From: Raphidiopsis brookii D9 | GTDB taxonomy: Bacteria > Cyanobacteriota > Cyanobacteriia > Cyanobacteriales > Nostocaceae | Assembly (NCBI GenBank): GCA_000175855.1 | Contig: ACYB01000005.1 | Location: 1 to 32,000, forward strand | DNA: 32,000 nucleotides | Reading direction: 5' to 3' | In this document: positions 1 to 11,977 of the stretch, piece after piece | Layout: each line of letters begins with the position of its first letter | Position numbering within the stretch: the stretch's first letter is position 1 | The notes under the pieces: model-generated | The model's database searches: none | The model's input: only the letters and a program-made list of their open reading frames with translations | Told to the model about the DNA's origin: nothing | Translations under genes and position numbers: made by a program

Positions 1-1822
<1,822 letters not shown>

Positions 1823-1899
1823 AGAAATTGAATTTACTCTTATCGAAATATATGCAGTCTTCAGGGTTTTGAAGTGGAAACTTTGAAACCGAGAGGTTT

Positions 1900-2018
1900 T
1901 CCTGGTGTCTATGGTGCGGTGGAACCACACTGATCCCTTCCCGAACTCAGAGGTGAAACGCTGTTGCGGCGACGATAGTATGGGGGTTGCCCTATGTCAA
2001 AATAGCTCGATGCCAGGT
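1900..2018 (+). rRNA. 5S ribosomal RNA
   Basis: tcctggtgtctatggtgcggtggaaccacactgatcccttcccgaactcagaggtgaaac...gatgccaggtt; typical 5S sequence, about 119 nt, directly downstream of 23S; terminal helix CCTGG/CCAGG. Confidence 0.95.
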
Positions 2019-2030
2019 TTATTATTACAC

Positions 2031-2065
2031 AATCGCTCACTCCATTTATTATGGGGTGGGCGGTT
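2031..2065 (+). terminator. Rho-independent-like terminator after the rRNA operon
   Basis: AATCGCTCACTCCA-tttatta-TGGGGTGGGCGGTT forms a 14-bp stem (with G-U pairs), followed by the T-rich tggtttt. Confidence 0.7.
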
Positions 2066-2099
2066 TGGTTTTAATTATCCCAATTACCCGTAAAATTAC

Positions 2100-2576
2100 T
2101 TATTTTGCTGGTAACAATTTTGTCACCTTGAGTTTATAGCTACCAACTCCAGTTTCCCCAAAAGATCTTACCCTGATAATATATTTCCCGGTTTCAGTGA
2201 TGCGGACAAATAACAGGGAATTACTGGTGCCATCTGGACCATCATCATTTTCTCCTACCGTCGAACCATTGGGACCTAAAAGTGTGATAATTGTATCGAA
2301 GTTTTCCGAAGACGCATCAATTACTAGGTTATCTCCCTTGTTCAGGTTAATTTGATAATCGCGAGCAAATCCCCCCTGACCTGTGGGAATATCCTTGATG
2401 GTTAATTTATCTGTAATCTCCCCTTCTAGCTTTAATAGAATCGGATTATATATATTATCCTTACTATCTCTATTTCTAGTCTGGGCGATCGCCTGATGAG
2501 AGTAAATAATTATTGACAAAAGAGTTATGGGTAGAATAAGTACCTTGTTAAGAAAATGCATACAGTAGCTGTTCAT
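2100..2576 (-). CDS. Secreted protein with bacterial pre-peptidase C-terminal (PPC)-like domain
   Basis: N-terminal signal-peptide-like segment (LILPITLLSIIIYSHQAIAQ); LKLEGEITDKL...FDTIITLLGPNGSTVGENDDG...SLLFVRITETGKYIIRVRS...GSYKLKV pattern typical of PPC domains. Confidence 0.7.
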   Translation of the reverse strand: MNSYCMHFLNKVLILPITLLSIIIYSHQAIAQTRNRDSKDNIYNPILLKLEGEITDKLTIKDIPTGQGGFARDYQINLNKGDNLVIDASSENFDTIITLLGPNGSTVGENDDGPDGTSNSLLFVRITETGKYIIRVRSFGETGVGSYKLKVTKLLPAK

Positions 2577-2610
2577 AGTTTGTTAACAGGTTATGAATAA
2601 AGTATATATT

Positions 2611-3273
2611 CTATGGACCATGCTTAATAGCTTTGGCTACAGTAGCGAAACCAATGACATTTATTCCATAACCATCGAGGGTATGTGTAGCAGAATTAGC
2701 GGTTGCTCCTGTAGTGTAAATATCATCAACTAACAATATAGGTTTACTAGGATAGTGATTGACAAAATCCTTACCCAAATCAAAAGCACCCATTAAGTTC
2801 TTTTGCCTTTTATCAGCTGATATTTCAAATTGTGGTTGTGTATGTTTGATTCTCATTAATCCATGGGATTTTAACCTGAGCCCTGTCACGTCACAAAAAC
2901 CTCTGGCAATAAGCTCAGATTGATTAAAACCTCGTATTTTCATTTTATCCGGGTGTAATGGTATGGGTACGATTACAGGAGCTGGATATTTACAGCTAGA
3001 ATTTAACAACCATGATCCTCCTAAGAGCTGGCCCAAAAAGAGTGCTATTTCTGGGCGGTTTTCATATTTCATCATGATAATAGCCCTTTTTAATATTCCC
3101 CCGTAGTTACCCCAAGTAAAAAGAGGTATGGGGGATGAGCAATTGGGGTCATGTAAACAACTTTTTTGCAATTGTTGATTACAGTATGGACAAAATAAGT
3201 TTGGTGTATTACGTTGGCAAAGAGGACAGGTGTTCTGCAAAAAGAGATTTAGTAAACCTTTCAGCATAGTCAT
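2611..3273 (-). CDS. comF: ComF family protein / amidophosphoribosyltransferase-like
   Basis: N-terminal CPLCQ...CPYC zinc-type motif and PRTase motif ILLVDDIYTTGATANS; VIPIPLHPDKMKIRGFNQSELIARG. Confidence 0.88.
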   Translation of the reverse strand: MTMLKGLLNLFLQNTCPLCQRNTPNLFCPYCNQQLQKSCLHDPNCSSPIPLFTWGNYGGILKRAIIMMKYENRPEIALFLGQLLGGSWLLNSSCKYPAPVIVPIPLHPDKMKIRGFNQSELIARGFCDVTGLRLKSHGLMRIKHTQPQFEISADKRQKNLMGAFDLGKDFVNHYPSKPILLVDDIYTTGATANSATHTLDGYGINVIGFATVAKAIKHGP

Positions 3274-3431
3274 TAGCCATTACTGATTGCATCCCCAATG
3301 TAACACAATTATTTCTACTTCACAAGAATTTCTAGCGTTTTCTACAATTGAAATAAAATGTTTTCAACCCTCACTTTACCAAATGGTCAGGTGAAACCTA
3401 TAATTATTAGCCATCATTAGTTTACGTACTT

Positions 3432-5012
3432 ATGTCTAAGGTTCTTGTTTCCGATCCAATTGATCAAGCTGGTATTGATATTCTCTCTCAAGTAGCTACA
3501 GTTGATGTCAAAACAGGCTTAAAACCAGCCGAATTAGTAGCAATCATTGGTGAATATGACGCACTCATGATTCGTTCGGGAACCCGGGTTACAGAAGAAA
3601 TTATCGAAGCTGGTACCCAATTAAAAATTATTGGTCGTGCTGGTGTAGGTGTGGATAATGTTGATGTGCCAACTGCCACTCGAAAAGGCATTGTAGTAGT
3701 TAATTCCCCTGAAGGAAATACCATCGCAGCAGCAGAACATACCCTGGCAATGATGTTATCCTTATCTCGTCATATTCCTGATGCTAATACCTCCCTAAAA
3801 AAGGGAGAATGGGATAGAAAAACCTTTGTTGGTGCAGAAATATACAAAAAAATTCTAGGTGTTGTTGGATTAGGAAAAATAGGTTCCCATGTAGCTCATG
3901 TGGCCAAAGCCATGGGTATGAAATTATTGGCCTACGATCCTTTTATTTCTACCGAAAGGGCCGAACAAATTGGTTGTCAACTGGTAGATCTAGACCTACT
4001 TTTTCAACAAGCGGACTATATCACCCTACATATTCCAAAACACCGGAAAACAACCAACTTAATTAATGCTAAAACCCTAGGTAAAATGAAACCCACCACC
4101 CGCATCATTAACTGTGCTAGGGGTGGTATAATTGATGAGTTGGCCCTAGCGGATGCCATTAAAAACGGTAAAATTGCTGGTGCTGCACTAGACGTATTCC
4201 AGTCTGAACCCCTGGGAGATTCCCCCCTGCGATCGCTGGGCAAAGAAATAATTCTTACGCCTCATTTAGGTGCATCTACTACAGAGGCCCAGGTAAACGT
4301 CTCCATAGACGTGGCGGAGCAAATTAGGGATGTATTATTAGGGCTACCAGCTCGCTCAGCAGTAAACATTCCCGGATTAGGGCCTGACATTATAGAAGAG
4401 CTCAAACCCTATATGCAGTTGGCAGAAACCCTAGGTAATCTGGTAGGACAATTAGCAGGTGGGAGAATAGAAACACTGAATGTTAAACTTCAAGGAGATC
4501 TGGCCACCAACAAAAGTCAACCCTTAGTAGTAGCAGCATTAAAAGGACTACTATATCAAGCATTAAGGGAACGGGTTAACTATGTTAATGCAACCATAGA
4601 AGCCAAAGAAAGAGGTATTAGAGTCATTGAGACTAGAGATGCTTCAGCTAGAGACTATGCAGGTTCATTGCATTTAGAAGCTACAGGTACATTAGGAACT
4701 CATTCTGTCACTGGTGCTTTATTAGGAGAGAAGGAAATACACCTCACAGATGTAGATGGGTTCCCTATCAATGTACCACCCAGCAAATATATGCTATTTA
4801 CCCTGCACCGAGACATGCCAGGAATTATTGGCAAATTGGGTTCCTTATTGGGGAGTTTCAATGTCAACATTGCCAGCATGCAAGTGGGGAGAAAAATTGT
4901 GCGTGGTGATGCGGTTATGGCCTTGAGTATTGATGACCCATTGCCAGATGGCATTCTGGAAGAAATTAAACAAGTTTCTGGAATTCGGGATGCTTATACA
5001 GTAACCCTATAG
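3432..5012 (+). CDS. serA: D-3-phosphoglycerate dehydrogenase
   Basis: VVGLGKIGSHVAHVAKAMGM, INCARGGIIDE, C-terminal ACT-like domain; full length 526 aa. A short segment at 4037-4050 appears locally out of frame (see findings). Confidence 0.95.
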   Translation: MSKVLVSDPIDQAGIDILSQVATVDVKTGLKPAELVAIIGEYDALMIRSGTRVTEEIIEAGTQLKIIGRAGVGVDNVDVPTATRKGIVVVNSPEGNTIAAAEHTLAMMLSLSRHIPDANTSLKKGEWDRKTFVGAEIYKKILGVVGLGKIGSHVAHVAKAMGMKLLAYDPFISTERAEQIGCQLVDLDLLFQQADYITLHIPKHRKTTNLINAKTLGKMKPTTRIINCARGGIIDELALADAIKNGKIAGAALDVFQSEPLGDSPLRSLGKEIILTPHLGASTTEAQVNVSIDVAEQIRDVLLGLPARSAVNIPGLGPDIIEELKPYMQLAETLGNLVGQLAGGRIETLNVKLQGDLATNKSQPLVVAALKGLLYQALRERVNYVNATIEAKERGIRVIETRDASARDYAGSLHLEATGTLGTHSVTGALLGEKEIHLTDVDGFPINVPPSKYMLFTLHRDMPGIIGKLGSLLGSFNVNIASMQVGRKIVRGDAVMALSIDDPLPDGILEEIKQVSGIRDAYTVTL

Positions 5013-5027
5013 ATTTGGGTTGGGGAA

Positions 5028-5956
5028 ATGGGGGAATTGAGTATGAACATTAGTAATGACAAAAACATAATGACAAATACCTGGTGGGAAATCCAAATTT
5101 TATGTACACCTGACTTGGAAGATTCTATCTTTTGGCGCTTAGAAACCTTAGGTTGTCGGGGCGTTGCTGTGGAAAAAAAGGATAGGCTTCTATTAATTAG
5201 AGCTTATCTCTCCACCTTACAGACACAATTATCAGACCTCACTAACTTATCAACATTATTACATGAAGATTCAACAGCTATTGGTTTACCTACCCCCGAA
5301 TTAAATTGGCATCAAATTAATGAAGAGGACTGGTCTACCAGTTGGAAGCAATATTGGCAACCTCAGGAAATAGGTAATCAGTTTTTGATTAATCCTGCAT
5401 GGCTACCCATACCCCTATCCACATCCAGATTGGTTATCCGTCTTGACCCGGGAGTAGCTTTCGGTACGGGAAATCACGCCACCACCCAATTGTGTCTGGA
5501 ATCTTTAGAAAAATATTTAACTCAAAATAGTGATCCCCAAGTAATTGCAGATATTGGCTGTGGTTCAGGTATTTTGGGCATAGGCGCACTTCTACTAGGT
5601 GCGAAAAAAGTCTATGGGGTAGATAATGACCCTTTAGCAGTAGAATCGACTAATAGTAATTGTATTTTGAATCATCTCAATCCAGAAAAATTAACCTGCG
5701 CCCTAGGTAGTGTACATACCCTAACAGAAATTCTCACTGAACCCCTAGATGGCATAGTTTGCAACATCTTAGCTGACGTAATTATTGAGTTAATTCCACA
5801 AATGACGGACCTGGTCAAACCCGGTTCCTGGGGAATATTTAGTGGTATTTTAGTAGAACAGTCTCCATCCGTAATTACCATATTGGAAAAAACAGTTGGG
5901 TACTAGATAAAGTTTGGCAGCGTCAAGAATGGTGTTGTCTAAACGCTAGAAGGTAA
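5028..5956 (+). CDS. prmA: Ribosomal protein L11 methyltransferase, C-terminus frameshifted as sequenced
   Basis: [27 protein letters not shown] and [11 protein letters not shown]-type motifs. The ORF stops at 5906, but the expected C-terminus [19 protein letters not shown] is encoded in the adjacent frame to 5956. Confidence 0.88.
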
Positions 5957-6003
5957 TTAGAGGACCTAAGTCCCCCAATTATTCCCTAACTATCAAATAA
6001 CTG

Positions 6004-6333
6004 TCAAATCAAAGCTTTTAAACGTTCAATTAATTGAGGTGCTTGTACTACACCCTCAATTTTATTAACTGGCTGACCATTTTTAAACAAGATGAGAGTT
6101 GGTAATGCTTCTATGCGATATTGAGTGGCTAATTGAGAATATTTCTCAGTATCGATTTTCACAACCCTTAGCTGACCTTGGAAATGAGTATTAACCATCT
6201 CCAAGATGGGAGTCATCATCTGACACGGACCACACCATTCAGCGTAAAAATCGACCAGCACGGGTACATCGGATCCCGATAACATTTCTTCAAAGCTATT
6301 AAATTGTTTTTTAGTTGTCATAACGGTACACAC
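6004..6333 (-). CDS. trxA: Thioredoxin
   Basis: VLVDFYAEWCGPCQMMTPILE active site (WCGPC), IEALPTLILFKNGQ. The start may be the internal MTTKKQ. Confidence 0.93.
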   Translation of the reverse strand: MCTVMTTKKQFNSFEEMLSGSDVPVLVDFYAEWCGPCQMMTPILEMVNTHFQGQLRVVKIDTEKYSQLATQYRIEALPTLILFKNGQPVNKIEGVVQAPQLIERLKALI

Positions 6334-6412
6334 CTAACAGTTACTGCTTTCTCAATAGTAGTTGGCAACCAACAAAAATCAACCTAAATTAGACGTTCTA
6401 TCAGAAGATCTC

Positions 6413-7291
6413 CTAACGGAGGGAGTAGGGAACAGTTGGGCAAAACTGCACCTGCTCCACCAAGGGAGTATAACCTAACCATGGCGTTCCCGATTGGGAA
6501 AAGTGTTGAGGAGACCCACTAACGACAAAACGAGTGGGCATAGGTAATAGGTGATTTTTGATGTTTAGTATTTCTAACTCTCGCTGACAGACCCTAACAA
6601 CATGAACTGCAGGATCTACCAGATGAATGTGATTTGGTATGAGAGTCTTTATTATAGGTTCAAGTAAAGGATAATGAGTACATCCATAGATTAAAGTATC
6701 TATTTCCTGTGCTAATAAAGGTTCGAGATAGGATTTAGCAACTGCAAGAGTGTAGGGGTCATGAAGGCGATTTTGTTCGATTAAGGGAACAAATTCAGGA
6801 CAACTTACTTGCCATACCTGAACATTAGGTTTAAGTTCCATTATTGCCTGACGATAGGCATTACTTTTAGCTGTAGCAGGCGTGGCAATCACACCAATCC
6901 GCTTACCCACATTTACAGCAAACTTAGTAGCAGGCGAAATCATTCCCAAAATAGGGAATTTATATTCCAAACGAACTGTTTCTAAAGTGAGAGCGGAACT
7001 GGTGTTACAGGCCATAATCACCATTTTCACCCCCTGTTGTTCCATCCAATTGAGTATTTCCCTGACATATCCTAAGATTTCCTTTTGGGAGCGGATACCA
7101 TAGGGAAGATGGGCCGTATCCCCAAAATAAATAACCGACTCATTAGGTAGTTGCTGATAAACTTGTCGCAAGACTGTTAATCCACCCACACCACTGTCAA
7201 ACACACCAATGGGAGATTTGGGAATTTCCTCAAGAGTTAGAAACTGGTTGCTGATTTGGGGATTATCTTCAAAAGTGGGATATGGGTGCAT
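6413..7291 (-). CDS. murI: Glutamate racemase
   Basis: IGVFDSGVGGLTVLRQV, IYFGDTAHLPYG, MACNTSSAL, YGCTHYPLL motifs. Confidence 0.95.
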   Translation of the reverse strand: MHPYPTFEDNPQISNQFLTLEEIPKSPIGVFDSGVGGLTVLRQVYQQLPNESVIYFGDTAHLPYGIRSQKEILGYVREILNWMEQQGVKMVIMACNTSSALTLETVRLEYKFPILGMISPATKFAVNVGKRIGVIATPATAKSNAYRQAIMELKPNVQVWQVSCPEFVPLIEQNRLHDPYTLAVAKSYLEPLLAQEIDTLIYGCTHYPLLEPIIKTLIPNHIHLVDPAVHVVRVCQRELEILNIKNHLLPMPTRFVVSGSPQHFSQSGTPWLGYTPLVEQVQFCPTVPYSLR

Positions 7292-7339
7292 AGAAGAATA
7301 GAGACTAGGTTAGCATACTGCATACTATAGAATACCAGT

Positions 7340-9196
7340 TCATCTTTGTTTTAAATACTGGAGAATTCCCTGAGCAATGGCCTGGGCCATTTGATTTTGA
7401 TAGGTAGACCTTTGTAAATTAGCCACATCCTCTTCTCCCGTCAGATAACCAAGTTCTACCAAAATCGAGGGGATAGAATTTTTTCTCAGGACATAAAATC
7501 TTGCCTTCCTGACTCTTCTGTCCTTGACATTGACATTTTGCAAAATTTTGTTGTGAACAGTTCGTGCTAGCTCTAAACCACTATCATAATAATAGGTTTC
7601 TAATCCGCTGACCTCAGGACGATTAAGACCTGCTGAATTAGCATGAATACTGACAAATATATCAGCTCCAGTGCGCTGTGCCATTTCCACCCTTCCTGGA
7701 AGGGTAACAAAGTAGTCAGCATCTCTGGTTAATACGGTCTCTACACCATTTTCTTGCAGAATTTTAGCAATTCTTAGGCTAACGGGCAAAATAATATCTT
7801 TTTCCTGGACCCCAGCAATCCCTATAGCTCCTGCATCTTTGCCACCATGTCCTGGATCAATCATAACTAGCAATTTACCGTTAGGGGTGGTACGACGAGG
7901 AAGGGGATTGTTTTCTGGTTTGGCGTTGGGATCTGGTAAGTGATTACTTCCATCTGGACCCAGGGGGGGTAAGCCAATTGGCGATCTTACCCTTTCGATT
8001 GGCAAGGACAACATGCCGTTGTTAGTTCGATTAGGTTGACCAATACGAACTCCTGATGCTGGCTGTACTAGAATAATTACATTGTTTAACGTCCCAGACT
8101 GGACACGCAGTCCTAATACTGGACTGTTAGGTGGTAAATTGACTCTGGAAGCTTGAGGTGCTAATTTGGCATTATTAATACTAATGCGAAACATGGCGGA
8201 ACCTCTGTCCCAACCTGTGGTTACAGATGATTTGTGACCACCTTTAATTAATAACTCTGTACCATTGTCGCTTAACTGCACCGATTCAATGATATCAGTC
8301 CCAGTTTCATTATTATTTTCTACGTCATTAATATCAGGAAAATTAGGGGTTAGGGTTTGACCTCCCTCCCGTGAGTTAACAAATCCCTTCACTGGTGAAA
8401 TCACCAGTCCATCGCCAACAGTGCTTACTTCCCAATCGGGACTTTTTGGATCTACCTTCAAGCTGACTTGGACTGTGCTGGGTGTAGTTCGCAATTGGAT
8501 CAGCTGAACCCGAGTAACGCCATGACGATTAACCAAGATGCTTCTTGCTGTTAATTGTGGGGACAAACTCGCACCCGCAATATTCATAAATATGGTAGTC
8601 CGGTCAACACTGCGGTTGATTCTAGCTTGGGGGGAGATACCACTAGTGCGAATGAAGAAACCATCTCCAGTAGTTTGTAATTTTTCAACTTGGGTTTTTC
8701 CCGCTGAAGAAAACTCTGGTGGAGATTGGGAAGAATCTATGGTTGCTAAATTATAATTGGAGTTGTCATCTTTATTATTGTTATCCTGTGGGGTGTTGGA
8801 GAATACCCGCTCTAGTTTTGGTAGTTGCACTATCCAGCGACTACCAGTGACAGGTGTAAACTTGATAGCTTGAGGGTCAACCGTATAACCCGGATTTAAT
8901 TCCACTACTACACGGGTAGTTTGGGGATCAAACTGTCCTATGCGAACTACACGAATCCCACCACCTATGGGTCGAGCAACTTGGGGTTGACCAAATTTGG
9001 TGTTAGGTAAATCAATTACCAATCGCGTAGGGTTAAAAACTAATTGAGCTTGTGGTTGAACGGTTCCAGTTGTTCTAAATTCTAGCTTGTTTTCCTTAGC
9101 ATCAAACCGCCAAGAGTCAAATTGAGCCGCTAAACTAGGTGAAGACAGTAAAAGAACTGTTCCAATTGTTCCCGTTAGTAAGTAGTGTAGTCTCAA
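7340..9196 (-). CDS. N-acetylmuramoyl-L-alanine amidase with N-terminal AMIN domain(s)
   Basis: LLVMIDPGHGGKDAGAIG...VHSIHANS-type amidase_3 motifs (ADIFVSIHANSAG, VELGYLTGEEDV); AMIN-like repeats and signal peptide at the N-terminus. Confidence 0.92.
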   Translation of the reverse strand: MRLHYLLTGTIGTVLLLSSPSLAAQFDSWRFDAKENKLEFRTTGTVQPQAQLVFNPTRLVIDLPNTKFGQPQVARPIGGGIRVVRIGQFDPQTTRVVVELNPGYTVDPQAIKFTPVTGSRWIVQLPKLERVFSNTPQDNNNKDDNSNYNLATIDSSQSPPEFSSAGKTQVEKLQTTGDGFFIRTSGISPQARINRSVDRTTIFMNIAGASLSPQLTARSILVNRHGVTRVQLIQLRTTPSTVQVSLKVDPKSPDWEVSTVGDGLVISPVKGFVNSREGGQTLTPNFPDINDVENNNETGTDIIESVQLSDNGTELLIKGGHKSSVTTGWDRGSAMFRISINNAKLAPQASRVNLPPNSPVLGLRVQSGTLNNVIILVQPASGVRIGQPNRTNNGMLSLPIERVRSPIGLPPLGPDGSNHLPDPNAKPENNPLPRRTTPNGKLLVMIDPGHGGKDAGAIGIAGVQEKDIILPVSLRIAKILQENGVETVLTRDADYFVTLPGRVEMAQRTGADIFVSIHANSAGLNRPEVSGLETYYYDSGLELARTVHNKILQNVNVKDRRVRKARFYVLRKNSIPSILVELGYLTGEEDVANLQRSTYQNQMAQAIAQGILQYLKQR

Positions 9197-9356
9197 ATCC
9201 CTTCTCCTATGTTTAACATCATAGACTTAATCAATATCCCAATCTGGGAATTTTGCCAAGTCGTGGTTGCCAAGTCTGTAGATAACCATCTCTTGGCTAA
9301 GGCTATATGTCGGGACGGTAATATACAAATATAAGTTTCAAGTTTCCCCATTTCCC

Positions 9357-10749
9357 CTATACCTCTGAGGTGGAATCTATTGCAACCGAAGATTCCCCTT
9401 GGGGAAAGACAACTCGTAACAGGGGAGGAGCTAAAAAGGTGGTGATAATTACCATCATAATTATTGCTGCTCCTAAAGGTTTGGAAAGCACTCCACTAGC
9501 TGCACCAACTCCCGCAAATACTAACCCTACCTCACCTCTGGGAATCATACCTACACCAATGGCTAAACGGTTAATACCTGGCTGACCAAAAACGGCTAAA
9601 CCTGTAATCACTTTACCAATAATCGCTATTGTAATCAGGAAGGTAGCCATCACCAGTCCTTCTCTATTGGTTGGTATAGCTGGATTTAACACTCCTAAAT
9701 CTGTTTTCGCTCCTACTGCTACAAAGAAAATTGGCACTAACATGTCTGCAATTGGTATAACTTGCTTCTGCAGTTCCTTTCTCTTTTCTGTCTCCTCTAA
9801 AACTAATCCAGCTGCAAATGCTCCTAATATCGCTTCTAGATTAATAATGTCCGCCAGGTAGGACATGATGAACGCAAAAATAAAAGCGGGAATTACCACT
9901 CCCCCTGGTCTTCAACACATCCGCGATCGCCACGAAGGATTTGTTAAAAATATTACCGAGGATTACGGCACCAATAATAAATCCAGTAGCGCTGGCTATT
10001 AAATAAATTACGTTACCCACATCAACCGCACCATCTTTAGCTAAACTGGCAACCACCGCCAAAACGATAATTCCTAAGATATCATCTATGACAGCTGCAC
10101 CAAGGATAATCTGTCCCTCTTTGGAATTCAACCTACCAATTTCCGAAAGCACTCTGGAGGTAATACCAATACTAGTAGCAGTTAAAGCTGCACCAGCAAA
10201 AATAGCAGGTATTGGGGCAATGCCAAAAATTATCATCAACCCTGCTGTACCCGCTGCAAAGGGAACAGCTACTCCTACCACTGCGACGACAAACGCTTGA
10301 ATGCCAACTTCCATCAAATCTTTTAAGTTGGACTCCAACCCTATTTCAAACAGAAGAATAATTACACCCAATTCGGCTAAAACGGAAATTACCTCCGATT
10401 GAGCAGCAAATACTGCGGGTGTAGCTTCTGGTGTTAACCCAGCGGTAATTTGCAAGAAGGACATAATCAAGGAACTGGAGCTATCGGTACCACCTTCTGG
10501 AAATACTAGTAAATGTAGGACTGATGTACCAATAACTACACCTCCCACTAATTCACCCAGAACCGGTGGAAATCCTAATTTGTTGGATAGTTCACCCCCT
10601 ACCTTACTAGCTAGGTAAATAACTACTAAACTGAGGAGAACTGCTGCTACCACCATGGTATTGTCCACCGGTTCGTTGGTAGAGCTACCTAAGAGGGGAA
10701 TAGTAAACCTCGTGAAAATGGTCACATCAATTGTATTTATGAGTGGCAT
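9357..10749 (-). CDS. nhaS3: Cation:proton antiporter (NhaS3/NapA-type, CPA2), split by a frameshift near 9901-9905
   Basis: ORFs 9841..10749 and 9357..9899 are the N- and C-terminal parts of one CPA2 transporter; LGELVGGVVIGTSVLHLLVFPEGG, AAVIDDILGIIVLAVV, GMIPRGEVGLVFAGVG. Confidence 0.82.
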
Positions 10750-10955
10750 TGGTTTTATAAATGTTTATGAGTTTTTTGTCCTTACCTTTTTATATCACTT
10801 TCCTCATATTTTTATCTGTGGTTTCAAATTAGATCGCTATTCCAGTTTTATACCGGTTAGGAAATCCCTTGTTCAATCTCAATGCGATCGCTCCTCTCTT
10901 TAGTCTAAACTCCAGTTATAATGTTAGCCTTGACATTCCTCAAAAAGCACAAATT

Positions 10956-11063
10956 ATGGACAACAGCAATACTTTAGATTTAATCACTGGAGGACTAGCA
11001 GTCCTCATTTTACTAGGTGGGATGGTGATGATGTTTACCACTGTCTTTACCACTAAAAGATAA
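10956..11063 (+). CDS. Small single-transmembrane protein (35 aa) of unknown function
   Basis: ATG at 10956: MDNSNTLDLITGGLAVLILLGGMVMMFTTVFTTKR*. The track ORF starts too early (10869). Has TM segment and basic C-tail. Confidence 0.6.
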   Translation: MDNSNTLDLITGGLAVLILLGGMVMMFTTVFTTKR

Positions 11064-11074
11064 TCCCATATTCC

Positions 11075-11912
11075 CTATATTTTACCGGTAAATACCCGCT
11101 CTGCTGGACCGGTCATATAAATTCTTTGATCAGTTTCTGACCATTGAATTTCTAAATTCCCTCCCGGTAGTTCTATAGTCGCCATGCGATCGCATAAATT
11201 ATTCAAAACTCCAGCAACTAGGGAAGCACAAGCACCTGTACCACACGCTAGGGTAATACCTGCTCCTCTTTCCCACACTCGCATTTTTAAGTGACTAGGA
11301 TTAACAACCTGAATGAACTCTGTGTTAGTGCGTTGAGGAAAAACTGGATGATGTTCAAATTGAGGACCAATAATTTCTACGGGAATACTAGCTACATCCT
11401 CCACAAAGGTAATACAATGAGGATTCCCCATGCTTACACAGGTAATATGCCAGGTTTGCTTCCCAATTTCTAGGGGGAGATTAATTACCTTGCTGTCACC
11501 AGGTACTAAGGTTGTGGGAATCTCCTGAGCGAGTAAACGGGGTGAACCCATATCTACCTTCACTTGACCATCATCAGTCAGTTGGGGTCTAATTATACCA
11601 GCTAGAGTGTGAATCAAATAGTAGTCCTTACTGCGGGAGATTCCTTCTAATTCGGTTAAAAAAGCAGCTAAACAGCGAATACCATTACCACACATTTCCG
11701 GTTCCGAACCATCGGAATTGAAAATTCTCATGGTGTAGTCTGTTCCCTTTTGACCAGGAAGGGCAAAAATAACACCGTCAGCACCAATCCCAAAATGGCG
11801 ATCGCACATTTTTATGGCCATTTCGGGGTAATTAGGGAGTTAGGTCACAACGATTGTCAATCAGAATAAAATCATTGCCCAAACCGTGATACTTTGTAAA
11901 TTCTATGGTCAT
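11075..11912 (-). CDS. dapF: Diaminopimelate epimerase, N-terminus out of frame as sequenced
   Basis: [41 protein letters not shown]. The missing N-terminus [21 protein letters not shown] is encoded upstream (start codon complement at 11910-11912) in another frame. Confidence 0.93.
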
Positions 11913-11977
11913 TTTCGATGATCAAATTTAAATTGTTGCTAGTCAAACTAATCTAACCTTATTTCTTCTGTCCCAAA

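Noticed and set aside
1905-2093. Track ORF 1905..2093 (+)
   Set aside because: It overlaps the 5S rRNA and its terminator hairpin.
3488-4954. Antisense ORFs within serA (3488..3724, 4016..4243, 4700..4954)
   Set aside because: Shadow ORFs opposite a strongly conserved coding frame, with no independent support.
9357-10749. Two-gene antiporter system (separate ORFs 9841..10749 and 9357..9899)
   Set aside because: Better explained as one NhaS3-type gene with a single-base frameshift than as a novel two-subunit transporter.
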